NCBI RefSeq assembly: GCF_009914755.1
Contig: NC_060948.1
Length of the DNA: 64,000 nucleotides
Origin: the human T2T-CHM13v2.0 reference genome, Homo sapiens
Reading direction: 5' to 3' (one strand)
In this document: positions 17,984 through 34,909 of the stretch, in pieces
Position numbering within the stretch: the first letter of the stretch is position 1
Layout: each line of letters opens with the position of its first letter
Notes under the pieces: model-generated
Told to the model about the DNA's origin: nothing
Database searches by the model: none
What the model saw: only the letters and a program-made list of their open reading frames with translations
Program-made: the position numbers and the translations under genes

Positions 17984-20111
17984 AGATCCATATTTTTTAA
18001 ATGAAAAAAAATTTCAAAGGTACTCTGCTTGGTACAATAATCAAATGTATAAACTGAGGAATAAAACATAACCATGAAACCTACTTATAACTGCATATGG
18101 AAAATACAGAGGATAATTTTTTAAATAACATATTTTGAAAGCCTTAACTAGTAATTTGAAGAGTTGGCATTTGAAAGGCCAGTATGAATATACCTTCAAA
18201 GCAGCAACACAGGTTCCCCATGAGAAAAAGCAAACACAGGGAAAATAAAAACACAAAGGTTCAATCTCTTCTGACCTTTGAAAGACACAGCACAGACAGT
18301 GGTCCTTAGGACGAAGAGCAGGAGACCCCTAATTCCGTCACCATGGCGATAGGGCATAAACATTGCTGGGTGAGGGCACAATCCACATTGTGAGGTCCAA
18401 CTGCTGCCAGGAAGACAGGAGTGCTTTTACATAGACCGAAAGGTCATTGAAGGCTCAGAGTTTTGTTTCAAGAACTGAATCCCAAGCCCACACGTTATTA
18501 GGCTGCGCTTCTTAAAACAAGTTATGAGATGGGAAAAAGGGCACCCACAAACATACGTATACATTATGTATATAATAATATACAGTGTCATATATATAAT
18601 ATATATAACCTATGTATAATATTGTTTTACATCCTGCATCTTATGTTATATATATTGTATAAAATATAATAATTGATAATATATAAGTTTTATATTTATA
18701 CAATATGACATATAGTATATATTATAATTTATGACATATATAATATATGTTATATGTCATATATAGAATATATTATACGGTTAATATACGTATTAAATAT
18801 AAATTATACATTATATATATTATATATAATATATCTGTTATATATAATACCCATTATGCATAATATATATATTATGTCTATGTTATATATAGTATAAAAC
18901 AACATATAATAATATATAATTGTATATATTAAATGCGACATATAATATATATTATATTTTATAACATATGTAATATATATTATATATTATATATAATACG
19001 TTGTATGTATAATACCTATATTAAATATATATTATATGACTATGTTATTAATTACATGTCGCATGTGTTATATATTATATATTTTACATAGAATATACCG
19101 GTTACATACAATATATACTATGTTACCTATAATGTATAATTTATTACATGTAAAATAAAGAATGCAATATATTATGTATAATTTATAATATACAATATGT
19201 GGAATGTGATATATATAACATATAATATATGATATATGATATACAGTATATGATATATAACATACAATATATGATTCCTAATATATATGGTATACAATAT
19301 ATATTTTATGATATGTATTCTATATGTTTTATATTCTGTTATATATAACTATTTGAAATTATATATAACTGTATAATATTTTATGTAAATATGTAATATA
19401 ATATATATAACTATATAATATATTATATATAACTATATATTATGTTATATATACTTTTATAACATAATTTACATAAAATATCATAATATAATATATATTA
19501 TATTATTTCATATTACATAATATATATTACATATCACCCAATATAACTAACATACATAATATTATAATATAGATTATATTGTGTTATATTAAATATCATA
19601 TATATCATGTATCATATATTCTATAATATATATTACACATTATATAATATGTACGTTGTCTATTATGTGATATATATAACTCTATATATAATTATATTTT
19701 TATACATATAACTAGATAAACATGTAATTCTACATATTTTCATTTATAATATGTAGAATTATATAATCATATATAATTATTTATATTCTATAAAAAATTT
19801 TATCATTCTATCAATTATAATATATAAAAATTATAATATGTACTACAAATATATATATTATATATCATATATGATATAGAACCTTTGTTATATATCACAA
19901 TACATATAAATGTGTATTATGTTATCTATAATTATATAATTTCATATATAAGATGTATAATATGTATCATATATTATATATGTTATGTAATATATATAGT
20001 ATATATAAGATGACACAGGATAAATATTATATACTATGACATATAAAATATATGAGGTTATATGTTACATATAAGGCATAGCACATAACATGTAATATAT
20101 ATCATATATAA

Positions 20112-20403
20112 TTTTTTTTTAGACAGAATCTTGTCCTGTTGCACAGGGTGGGGTACAATGGCGCCATCTTTGCTCACTGCAACTTCTGCCTCACGGGACC
20201 AAGCGATTGTCCTCCCTCAGCCTCCCAGGTAGCTGGGACTACACCACACTGGGACTACACCAGCTGCCACCATGCCTAGCTAATTTTTTGGATTTTTAGT
20301 AGTGACAGCGTTTCACTGTATTGGCCAGGATGGTCTTGATCTCTTCACCTTGTGATCCCCTTGCCTTGGCCTCCAAATTTGCTGGGATTACAGGCCTGAG
20401 CCA
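20112..20403 (-). mobile_element. Alu in DYZ2 unit 9
   Basis: Near-identical copy of 774-1065. Confidence 0.93.
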
Positions 20404-22531
20404 AGATCCATATTTTTTAAATGAAAAACAATTTCAAAGGTACTCTGCTTGGTACAATAATCAAATGTATAAACTGAGGAATAAAACATAACCATGAAAC
20501 CTACTTATAACTGCATATGGAAAATACAGAGGATAATTTTTTAAATAACATATTTTGAAAGCCTTAACTAGTAATTTGAAGAGTTGGCATTTGAAAGGCC
20601 AGTATGAATATACCTTCAAAGCAGCAACACAGGTTCCCCATGAGAAAAAGCAAACACAGGGAAAATAAAAACACAAAGGTTCAATCTCTTCTGACCTTTG
20701 AAAGACACAGCACAGACAGTGGTCCTTAGGACGAAGAGCAGGAGACCCCTAATTCCGTCACCATGGCGATAGGGCATAAACATTGCTGGGTGAGGGCACA
20801 ATCCACATTGTGAGGTCCAACTGCTGCCAGGAAGACAGGAGTGCTTTTACATAGACCGAAAGGTCATTGAAGGCTCAGAGTTTTGTTTCAAGAACTGAAT
20901 CCCAAGCCCACACGTTATTAGGCTGCGCTTCTTAAAACAAGTTATGAGATGGGAAAAAGGGCACCCACAAACATACGTATACATTATGTATATAATAATA
21001 TACAGTGTCATATATATAATATATATAACCTATGTATAATATTGTTTTACATCCTGCATCTTATGTTATATATATTGTATAAAATATAATAATTGATAAT
21101 ATATAAGTTTTATATTTATACAATATGACATATAGTATATATTATAATTTATGACATATATAATATATGTTATATGTCATATATAGAATATATTATACGG
21201 TTAATATACGTATTAAATATAAATTATACATTATATATATTATATATAATATATCTGTTATATATAATACCCATTATGCATAATATATATATTATGTCTA
21301 TGTTATATATAGTATAAAACAACATATAATAATATATAATTGTATATATTAAATGCGACATATAATATATATTATATTTTATAACATATGTAATATATAT
21401 TATATATTATATATAATACGTTGTATGTATAATACCTATATTAAATATATATTATATGACTATGTTATTAATTACATGTCACATGTGTTATATATTATAT
21501 ATTTTACATAGAATATACCGGTTACATACAATATATACTATGTTACCTATAATGTATAATTTATTACATGTAAAATAAAGAATGCAATATATTATGTATA
21601 ATTTATAATATACAATATGTGGAATGTGATATATATAACATATAATATATGATATATGATATCCAGTATATGATATATAACATACAATATATGATTCCTA
21701 ATATATATGGTATACAATATATATTTTATGATATGTATTCTATATGTTTTATATTCTGTTATATATAACTATTTGAAATTATATATAACTGTATAATATT
21801 TTATGTAAATATGTAATATAATATATATAACTATATAATATATTATATATAACTATATATTATGTTATATATACTTTTATAACATAATTTACATAACATA
21901 TCATAATATAATATATATTATATTATTTCATATTACATAATATATATTACATATCACCCAATATAACTAACATACATAATATTATAATATAGATTATATT
22001 GTGTTATATTAAATATCATATATATCATGTATCATATATTCTATAATATATATTACACATTATATAATATGTATGTTGTCTATTATGTGATATATATAAC
22101 TATATATATAATTATATTTTTATACATATAACTAGATAAACATGTAATTCTACATATTTTCATTTATAATATGTAGAATTATATAATCATATATAATTAT
22201 TTATATTCTATAAAAAATTTTATCATTCTATAAATTATAATATATAAAAATTATAATATGTACTTCAAATATATATATTATATATCATATATGCTATAGT
22301 TCCTTTGTTATATATCATAATACATATAAATGTGTATTATGTTATCTATAATTATATAATTTCATATATAAGTTGAATAATATGTATCATATATTATATA
22401 TGTTATGTAATATATATAGTATATATAAGATGACACAGGATAAATATTATATACTATGACATATAAAATATATGAGGTTATATGTTACATATAAGGCATA
22501 GCACATAACATGTAATATATATCATATAGAA

Positions 22532-22823
22532 TTTTTTTTTAGACAGAATCTTGTCCTGTTGCACAGGGTGGGGTCCAATGGCGCCATCTTTGCTCACTGC
22601 AACTTCTGCCTCACGGGTCCAAGCGATTGTCCTCCCTCAGCCTCCCAGGTAGCTGGGACTACACCACACTGGGACTACACCAGCTGCCACCATGCCTAGC
22701 TAATTTTTTGGATTTTTAGTAGTGACAGCGTTTCACTGTATTGGCCAGGATGGTCTTGATCTCTTCACCTTGTGATCCCCTTGCCTTGGCCTCCAAATTT
22801 GCTGGGATTACAGGCCTGAGCCA
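22532..22823 (-). mobile_element. Alu in DYZ2 unit 10
   Basis: Near-identical copy of 774-1065. Confidence 0.93.
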
Positions 22824-24944
22824 AGATCCATATTTTTTAAATGAAAAACAATTTCAAAGGTACTCTGCTTGGTACAATAATCAAATGTATAAACTGAGGA
22901 ATAAAACATAACCATGAAACCTACTTATAACTGCATATGGAAAATACAGAGGATAATTTTTTAAATAACATATTTTGAAAGCCTTAACTAGTAATTTGAA
23001 GAGTTGGCATTTGAAAGGCCAGTATGAATATACCTTGAAAGCAGCAACACAGGTTCCCCGTGAGAAAAAGCAAACACAGGGAAAATAAAAACACAAAGGT
23101 TCAATCTCTTCTGACCTTTGAAAGACACAGCACAGACAGTGGTCCTTAGGACGAAGAGCAGGAGACCCCTAATTCCGTCACCATGGCGATAGGGCATAAA
23201 CATTGCTGGGTGAGGGCACAATCCACATTGTGAGGTCCAACTGCTGCCAGGAAGACAGGAGTGCTTTTACATAGACCGAAAGGTCATTGAAGGCTCAGAG
23301 TTTTGTTTCAGGAACTGAATCCCAAGCCCACACGTTATTAGGCTGCGCTTCTTAAAACAAGTTATGAGATGGGAAAAAGGGCACCCACAAACATACGTAT
23401 ACATTATGTATATAATAATATACAGTATCATATATATAATATATATAACCTATGTATAATATTGTTTTACATCCTGCATCTTATGTTATATATATTGTAT
23501 AAAATATAATAATTGATAATATATAAGTTTTATATTTATACAATATGACATATAGTATATATTATAATTTATGACATATATAATATATGTTATATGTCAT
23601 ATATAGAATATATTATACGGTTAATATACGTATTAAATATAAATTATACATTATATATATTATATATAATATATCTGTTATATATAATACCCATTATGCA
23701 TAATATATATATTATGTCTATGTTATATATAGTATAAAACAACATATAATAATATATAATTGTATATATAAAATGCGACATATAATATATATTATATTTT
23801 ATAACATATGTAATATATATTATATATAATACGTTGTATGTATAATACCTATATTAAATATATATTATATGACTATGTTATTAATTACATGTCACATGTG
23901 TTATATATTATATATTTTACATAGAATATACCGGTTACATACAATATATACTATGTTACCTATAATGTATAATTTATTACATGTAAAATAAAGAATGCAA
24001 TATATTATGTAAAATTTATAATATACCATATGTGGAATGTGATATATATAACATATAATATATGATATATGATATACAGTATATGATATATAACATACAA
24101 TATATGATTCCTAATATATATGGTATACAATATATATTTTATGATATGTATTCTATATGTTTTATATTCTGTTATATATAACTATTTGAAATTATATATA
24201 ACTGTATAATATTTTATGTAAATATGAAATATAATATATATAACTATATAATATATTATATATAACTATATATTATGTTATATATACTTTTATAACATAA
24301 TTTACATAAAATATCATAATATAATATATATTATATTATTTCATATTACATAATATATATTACATATCACCCAATATAACTAACATACATAATATTATAA
24401 TATAGATTATATTGTGTTATATTAAATATCATATATATCATGTATCATATATTCTATAATATATATTACACATTATATATTATGTATGTTGTCTATTATG
24501 TGATATATATAACTATATATATAATTATATTTTTATACATATAACTAGATAAACATGTAATTCTACATATTTTCATTTATAATATGTAGAATTATATAAT
24601 CATATATAATTATTTATATTCTATAAAAAATTTTATCATTCTATAAATTATAATATATAAAAATTATAATATGTACTACAAATATATATATTATATATCA
24701 TATATGCTCTAGTACCTTTGTTATATATCATAATACATATAAATGTGTATTATGTTATCTATAATTATATAATTTCATATATAAGTTGTATAATATGTAT
24801 CATATATTATATATGTTATGTAATATATATAGTATATATAAGATGACACAGGATAAATATTATATACTATGACATATAAAATATATGAGGTTATATGTTA
24901 CATATAAGGCATAGCACATAACATGTAATATATATCATATATAA

Positions 24945-25236
24945 TTTTTTTTTAGACAGAATCTTGTCCTGTTGCACAGGGTGGGGTACAATGGCGCCAT
25001 CTTTGCTCACTGCAACTTCTGCCTCACGGGTCCAAGCGATTGTCCTCACTCAGCCTCCCAGGTAGCTGGGACTACACCACACTGGGACTACACCAGCTGC
25101 CACCATGCCTAGCTAATTTTTTGGATTTTTAGTAATGACAGCGTTTCACTGTATTGGCCAGGATGGTCTTGATCTCTTCACCTTGTGATCCCCTTGCCTT
25201 GGCCTCCAAATTTGCTGGGATTACAGGCCTGAGCCA
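24945..25236 (-). mobile_element. Alu in DYZ2 unit 11
   Basis: Near-identical copy of 774-1065. Confidence 0.93.
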
Positions 25237-27364
25237 AGATCCATATTTTTTAAATGAAAAAAAATTTCAAAGGTACTCTGCTTGGTACAATAATCAAATG
25301 TATAAACTGAGGAATAAAACATAACCATGAAACCTACTTATAACTGCATATGGAAAATACAGAGGATAATTTTTTAAATAACATATTTTGAAAGCCTTAA
25401 CTAGTAATTTGAAGAGTTGGCATTTGAAAGGCCAGTATGAATATACCTTCAAAGCAGCAACACAGGTTCCCCATGAGAAAAAGCAAACACAGGGAAAATA
25501 AAAACACAAAGGTTCAATCTCTTCTGACCTTTGAAAGACACAGCACAGACAGTGGTCCTTAGGACGAAGAGCAGGAGACCCCTAATTCCGTCACCATGGC
25601 GATAGGGCATAAACATTGCTGGGTGAGGGCACAATCCACATTGTGAGGTCCAACTGCTGCCAGGAAGACAGGAGTGCTTTTACATAGACCGAAAGGTCAT
25701 TGAAGGCTCAGAGTTTTGTTTCAAGAACTGAATCCCAAGCCCACACGTTATTAGGCTGCGCTTCTTAAAACAAGTTATGAGATGGGAAAAAGGGCACCCA
25801 CAAACATACGTATACATTATGTATATAATAATATACAGTGTCATATATATAATATATATAACCTATGTATAATATTGTTTTACATCCTGCATCTTATGTT
25901 ATATATATTGTATAAAATATAATAATTGATAATATATAAGTTTTATATTTATACAATATGACATATAGTATATATTATAATTTATGACATATATAATATA
26001 TGTTATATGTCATATATAGAATATATTATACGGTTAATATACGTATTAAATATAAATTATACATTATATATATTATATATAATATATCTGTTATATATAA
26101 TACCCATTATGCATAATATATATATTATGTCTATGTTATATATAGTATAAAACAACATATAATAATATATAATTGTATATATTAAATGCGACATATAATA
26201 TATATTATATTTTATAACATATGTAATATATATTATATATTATATATAATACGTTGTATGTATAATACCTATATTAAATATATATTATATGACTATGTTA
26301 TTAATTACATGTCGCATGTGTTATATATTATATATTTTACATAGAATATACCGGTTACATACAATATATACTATGTTACCTATAATGTATAATTTATTAC
26401 ATGTAAAATAAAGAATGCAATATATTATGTATAATTTATAATATACAATATGTGGAATGTGATATATATAACATATAATATATGATATATGATATACAGT
26501 ATATGATATATAACATACAATATATGATTCCTAATATATATGGTATACAATATATATTTTATGATATGTATTCTATATGTTTTATATTCTGTTATATATA
26601 ACTATTTGAAATTATATATAACTGTATAATATTTTATGTAAATATGTAATATAATATATATAACTATATAATATATTATATATAACTATATATTATGTTA
26701 TATATACTTTTATAACATAATTTACATAAAATATCATAATATAATATATATTATATTATTTCATATTACATAATATATATTACATATCACCCAATATAAC
26801 TAACATACATAATATTATAATATAGATTATATTGTGTTATATTAAATATCATATATATCATGTATCATATATTCTATAATATATATTACACATTATATAA
26901 TATGTATGTTGTCTATTATGTGATATATATAACTCTATATATAATTATATTTTTATACATATAACTAGATAAACATGTAATTCTACATATTTTCATTTAT
27001 AATATGTAGAATTATATAATCATATATAATTATTTATATTCTATAAAAAATTTTATCATTCTATCAATTATAATATATAAAAATTATAATATGTACTACA
27101 AATATATATATTATATATCATATATGATATAGTACCTTTGTTATATATCATAATACATATAAATGTGTATTATGTTATCTATAATTATATAATTTCATAT
27201 ATAAGATGTATAATATGTATCATATATTATATATGTTATGTAATATATATAGTATATATAAGATGACACAGGATAAATATTATATACTATGACACATAAA
27301 ATATATGAGGTTATATGTTACATATAAGGCATAGCACATAACATGTAATATATATCATATATAA

Positions 27365-27656
27365 TTTTTTTTTAGACAGAATCTTGTCCTGTTGCACAGG
27401 GTGGGGTACAATGGCGCCATCTTTGCTCACTGCAACTTCTGCCTCACGGGACCAAGCGATTGTCCTCCCTCAGCCTCCCAGGTAGCTGGGACTACACCAC
27501 ACTGGGACTACACCAGCTGCCACCATGCCTAGCTAATTTTTTGGATTTTTAGTAGTGACAGCGTTTCACTGTATTGGCCAGGATGGTCTTGATCTCTTCA
27601 CCTTGTGATCCCCTTGCCTTGGCCTCCAAATTTGCTGGGATTACAGGCCTGAGCCA
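27365..27656 (-). mobile_element. Alu in DYZ2 unit 12
   Basis: Near-identical copy of 774-1065. Confidence 0.93.
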
Positions 27657-29784
27657 AGATCCATATTTTTTAAATGAAAAAAAATTTCAAAGGTACTCTG
27701 CTTGGTACAATAATCAAATGTATAAACTGAGGAATAAAACATAACCATGAAACCTACTTATAACTGCATATGGAAAATACAGAGGATAATTTTTTAAATA
27801 ACATATTTTGAAAGCCTTAACTAGTAATTTGAAGAGTTGGCATTTGAAAGGCCAGTATGAATATACCTTCAAAGCAGCAACACAGGCTCCCCATGAGAAA
27901 AAGCAAACACAGGGAAAATAAAAACACAAAGGTTCAATCTCTTCTGACCTTTGAAAGACACAGCACAGACAGTGGTCCTTAGGACGAAGAGCAGGAGACC
28001 CCTAATTCCGTCACCATGGCGATAGGGCATAAACATTGCTGGGTGAGGGCAAAATCCACATTGTGAGGTCCAACTGCTGCCAGGAAGACAGGAGTGCTTT
28101 TACATAGACCGAAAGGTCATTGAAGGCTCAGAGTTTTGTTTCAAGAACTGAATCCCAAGCCCACACGTTATTAGGCTGCGCTTCTTAAAACAAGTTATGA
28201 GATGGGAAAAAGGGCACCCACAAACATACGTATACATTATGTATATAATAATATACAGTGTCATATATATAATATATATAACCTATGTATAATATTGTTT
28301 TACATCCTGCATCTTATGTTATATATATTGTATAAAATATAATAATTGATAATATATAAGTTTTATAATTATACAATATGACATATAGTATATATTATAA
28401 TTTATGACATATATAATATATGTTATATATCATATATAGAATATATTATAGGGTTAATATACGTATTAAATATAAATTATACATTATATATATTATATAT
28501 AATATATCTGTTATATATAATACCCATTATGCATAATATATATATTATGTCTATGTTATATATAGTATAAAACAACATATAATAATATATAATTGTATAT
28601 ATAAAATGCGACATATAATATATATTATATTTTATAACATATGTAATATATATTTTATATTATATATAATACGTTGTATGTATAATACCTATATTAAATA
28701 TATATTATATGACTATGTTATTAATTACATGTCACATGTGTTATATATTATATATTTTACATAGAATATACCGGTTACATACAATATATACTATGTTACC
28801 TATAATGTATAATTTATTACATGTAAAATAAAGAATGCAATATATTATGTATAATTTATAATATACAATATGTGGAATGTGATATATATAACATATAATA
28901 TATGATATATGATATACAGTATATGATATATAACATACAATATATGATTCCTAATATATATGGTATACAATATATATTTTATGATATGTATTCTATATGT
29001 TTTATATTCTGTTATATATAACTATTTGAAATTATATATAACTGTATAATATTTTATGTAAATATGTAATATAATATATATAACTATATAATATATTATA
29101 TATAACTATATATTATGTTATATATACTTTTATAACATAATTTACATAAAATATCATAATATAATATATATTATATTATTTCATATTACATAATATATAT
29201 TACATATCACCCAATATAACTAACATACATAATATTATAATATAGATTATATTGTGTTACATTAAATATCATATATATCATGTATCATATATTCTATAAT
29301 ATATATTACACATTATATAATATGTATGTTGTCTATTATGTGATATATATAACTCTATATATAATTATATTTTTATACATATAACTAGATAAACATGTAA
29401 TTCTACATATTTTCATTTATAATATGTAGAATTATATAATCATATATAATTATTTATATTCTATAAAAAATTTTATCATTCTATCAATTATAATATATAA
29501 AAATTATAATATGTACTACAAATATATATATTATATATCATATATGATATAGTACCTTTGTTATATATCATAATACATATAAATGTGTATTATGTTATCT
29601 ATAATTATATAATTTCATATATAAGATGTATAATATGTATCATATATTATATATGTTATGTAATATATATAGTATATATAAGATGACACCGGATAAATAT
29701 TATATACTATGACATATAAAATATATGAGGTTATATGTTACATATAAGGCATAGCACATAACATGTAATATATATCATATATAA

Positions 29785-30076
29785 TTTTTTTTTAGACAGA
29801 ATCTTGTCCTGTTGCACAGGGTGGGGTACAATGGCGCCATCTTTGCTCACTGCAACTTCTGCCTCACGGGACCAAGCGATTGTCGTCCCTCAGCCTCCCA
29901 GGTAGCTGGGACTACACCACACTGGGACTACACCAGCTGCCACCATGCCTAGCTAATTTTTTGGATTTTTAGTAGTGACAGCGTTTCACTGTATTGGCCA
30001 GGATGGTCTTGATCTCTTCACCTTGTGATCCCCTTGCCTTGGCCTCCAAATTTGCTGGGATTACAGGCCTGAGCCA
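29785..30076 (-). mobile_element. Alu in DYZ2 unit 13
   Basis: Near-identical copy of 774-1065. Confidence 0.93.
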
Positions 30077-32204
30077 AGATCCATATTTTTTAAATGAAAA
30101 AAAATTTCAAAGGTACTCTGCTTGGTACAATAATCAAATGTATAAACTGAGGAATAAAACATAACCATGAAACCTACTTATAACTGCATATGGAAAATAC
30201 AGAGGATAATTTTTTAAATAACATATTTTGAAAGCCTTAACTAGTAATTTGAAGAGTTGGCATTTGAAAGGCCAGTATGAATATACCTTCAAAGCAGCAA
30301 CACAGGTTCCCCATGAGAAAAAGCAAACACAGGGAAAATAAAAACACAAAGGTTCAATCTCTTCTGACCTTTGAAAGACACAGCACAGACAGTGGTCCTT
30401 AGGACGAAGAGCAGGAGACCCCTAATTCCGTCACCATGGCGATAGGGCATAAACATTGCTGGGTGAGGGCACAATCCACATTGTGAGGTCCAACTGCTGC
30501 CAGGAAGACAGGAGTGCTTTTACATAGACCGAAAGGTCATTGAAGGCTCAGAGTTTTGTTTCAAGAACTGAATCCCAAGCCCACACGTTATTAGGCTGCG
30601 CTTCTTAAAACAAGTTATGAGATGGGAAAAAGGGCACCCACAAACATACGTATACATTATGTATATAATAATATAGAGTGTCATATATATAATATATATA
30701 ACCTATGTATAATATTGTTTTACATCCTGCATCTTATGTTATATATATTGTATAAAATATAATAATTGATAATATATAAGTTTTATAATTATACAATATG
30801 ACATATATTATATATTATAATTTATGACATATATAATATATGTTATATATCATATATAGAATATATTATAGGGTTAATATACGTATTAAATATAAATTAT
30901 ACATTATATATATTATATATAATATATCTGTTATATATAATACCCATTATGCATAATATATATATTATGTCTATGTTATATATAGTATAAAACAACATAT
31001 AATAATATATAATTGTATATATAAAATGCGACATATAATATATATTATATTTTATAACATATGTAATATATATTATATATTATATATAATACGTTGTATG
31101 TATAATACCTATATTAAATATATATTATATGACTATGTTATTAATTACATGTCACATGTGTTATATATTATATATTTTACATAGAATATACCGGTTACAT
31201 ACAATATATACTATGTTACCTATAATGTATAATTTATTACATGTAAAATAAAGAATGCAATATATTATGTATAATTTATAATATACAATATGTGGAATGT
31301 GATATATATAACATATAATATATGATATATGATATACAGTATATGATATATAACATACAATATATGATTCCTAATATATATGGTATACAATATATATTTT
31401 ATGATATGTATTCTATATGTTTTATATTCTGTTATATATAACTATTTGAAATTATATATAACTGTATAATATTTTATGTAAATATGTAATATAATATATA
31501 TAACTATATAATATATTATATATAACTATATATTATGTTATATATACTTTTATAACATAATTTACATAAAATATCATAATATAATATATATTATATTATT
31601 TCATATTACATAATATATATTACATATCACCCAATATAACTAACATACATAATATTATAATATAGATTATATTGTGTTACATTAAATATCATATATATCA
31701 TGTATCATATATTCTATAATATATATTACACATTATATAATATGTATGTTGTCTATTATGTGATATATATAACTCTATATATAATTATATTTTTATACAT
31801 ATAACTAGATAAACATGTAATTCTACATATTTTCATTTATAATATGTAGAATTATATAATCATATATAATTATTTATATTCTATAAAAAATTTTATCATT
31901 CTATCAATTATAATATATAAAAATTATAATATGTACTACAAATATATATATTATATATCATATATGATATAGTACCTTTGTTATATATCATAATACATAT
32001 AAATGTGTATTATGTTATCTATAATTATATAATTTCATATATAAGATGTATAATATGTATCATATATTATATATGTTATGTAATATATATAGTATATATA
32101 AGATGACACCGGATAAATATTATATACTATGACATATAAAATATATGAGGTTATATGTTACATATAAGGCATAGCACATAACATGTAATATATATCATAT
32201 ATAA

Positions 32205-32496
32205 TTTTTTTTTAGACAGAATCTTGTCCTGTTGCACAGGGTGGGGTACAATGGCGCCATCTTTGCTCACTGCAACTTCTGCCTCACGGGACCAAGCGAT
32301 TGTCCTCCCTCAGCCTCCCAGGTAGCTGGGACTACACCACACTGGGACTACACCAGCTGCCACCATGCCTAGCTAATTTTTTGGATTTTTAGTAGTGACA
32401 GCGTTTCACTGTATTGGCCAGGATGGTCTTGATCTCTTCACCTTGTGATCCCCTTGCCTTGGCCTCCAAATTTGCTGGGATTACAGGCCTGAGCCA
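32205..32496 (-). mobile_element. Alu in DYZ2 unit 14
   Basis: Near-identical copy of 774-1065. Confidence 0.93.
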
Positions 32497-34617
32497 AGAT
32501 CCATATTTTTTAAATGAAAAAAAATTTCAAAGGTACTCTGCTTGGTACAATAATCAAATGTATAAACTGAGGAATAAAACATAACCATGAAACCTACTTA
32601 TAACTGCATATGGAAAATACAGAGGATAATTTTTTAAATAACATATTTTGAAAGCCTTAACTAGTAATTTGAAGAGTTGGCATTTGAAAGGCCAGTATGA
32701 ATATACCTTCAAAGCAGCAACACAGGTTCCCCATGAGAAAAAGCAAACACAGGGAAAATAAAAACACAAAGGTTCAATCTCTTCTGACCTTTGAAAGACA
32801 CAGCACAGACAGTGGTCCTTAGGACGAAGAGCAGGAGACCCCTAATTCCGTCACCATGGCGATAGGGCATAAACATTGCTGGGTGAGGGCACAATCCACA
32901 TTGTGAGGTCCAACTGCTGCCAGGAAGACAGGAGTGCTTTTACATAGACCGAAAGGTCATTGAAGGCTCAGAGTTTTGTTTCAAGAACTGAATCCCAAGC
33001 CCACACGTTATTAGGCTGCGCTTCTTAAAACAAGTTATGAGATGGGAAAAAGGGCACCCACAAACATACGTATACATTATGTATATAATAATATACAGTG
33101 TCATATATATAATATATATAACCTATGTATAATATTGTTTTACATCCTGCATCTTATGTTATATGTATTGTATAAAATATAATAATTGATAATGTATAAG
33201 TTTTATATTTATACAATATGACATATAGTATATATTATAATTTATGAGATATATAATATATGTTATATGTCATATATAGAATATATTATACGGTTAATAT
33301 ACGTATTAAATATAAATTATACATTATATATATTATATATAATATATCTGTTATATATAATACCCATTATGCATAATATATATATTATGTCTATGTTATA
33401 TATAGTATAAAACAACATATAATAATATATAATTGTATATATAAAATGCGACATATAATATATATTATATTTTATAACATATGTAATATATATTATATAT
33501 AATACGTTGTATGTATAATACCTATATTAAATATATATTATATGACTATGTTATTAATTACATGTCACATGTGTTATATATTATATATTTTACATACAAT
33601 ATACCGGTTACATACAATATATACTATGTTACTTATAATGTATAATTTATTACATGTAAAATAAAGAATGCAATATATTATGTATAATTTATAATATACC
33701 ATATGTGGAATGTGATATATATAACATATAATAAATGATATATGATATACAGTATATGATATATAACATACAATATATGATTCCTAATATATATGGTATA
33801 CAATATATATTTTATGATATGTATTCTGTATGTTTTATATTCTGTTATATATAACTATTTGAAATTATATATAACTGTATAATATTTTATGTAAATATGT
33901 AATATAATATATATAACTATATAATATACTATATATAACTATATATTATGTTATATATACTTTTATAACATAATTTACATAAAATATCATAATATAATAT
34001 ATATTATATTATTTCATATTACATAATATATATTACATATCACCCAATATAACTAACATACATAATATTATAATATAGATTATATTGTGTTACATTAAAT
34101 ATCATATATATCATGTATCATATATTCTATAATATATATTACACATTATATAATATGTATGTTGTCTATTATGTGATATATATAACTCTATATATAATTA
34201 TATTTTTATACATATAACTAGATAAACATGTAATTCTACATATTTTCATTTATAATATGTAGAATTATATAATCATATATAATTATTTATATTCTATAAA
34301 AAATTTTATCATTCTATCAATTATAATATATAAAAATTATAATATGTACTACAAATATATATATTATATATCATATATGATATAGTACCTTTGTTATATA
34401 TCATAATACATATAAATGTGTATTATGTTATCTATAATTATATAATTTCATATATAAGATGTATAATATGTATCATATATTATATATGTTATGTAATATA
34501 TATAGTATATATAAGATGACACAAGATAAATATTATATACTATGACATATAAAATATATGAGGTTATATGTTACATATAAGGCATAGCACATAACATGTA
34601 ATATATATCATATATAA

Positions 34618-34909
34618 TTTTTTTTTAGACAGAATCTTGTCCTGTTGCACAGGGTGGGGTACAATGGCGCCATCTTTGCTCACTGCAACTTCTGCCTCAC
34701 GGGACCAAGCGATTGTCCTCCCTCAGCCTCCCAGGTAGCTGGGACTACACCACACTGGGACTACACCAGCTGCCACCATGCCTAGCTAATTTTTTGGATT
34801 TTTAGTAGTGACAGCGTTTCACTGTATTGGCCAGGATGGTCTTGATCTCTTCACCTTGTGATCCCCTTGCCTTGGCCTCCAAATTTGCTGGGATTACAGG
34901 CCTGAGCCA
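34618..34909 (-). mobile_element. Alu in DYZ2 unit 15
   Basis: Near-identical copy of 774-1065. Confidence 0.93.
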
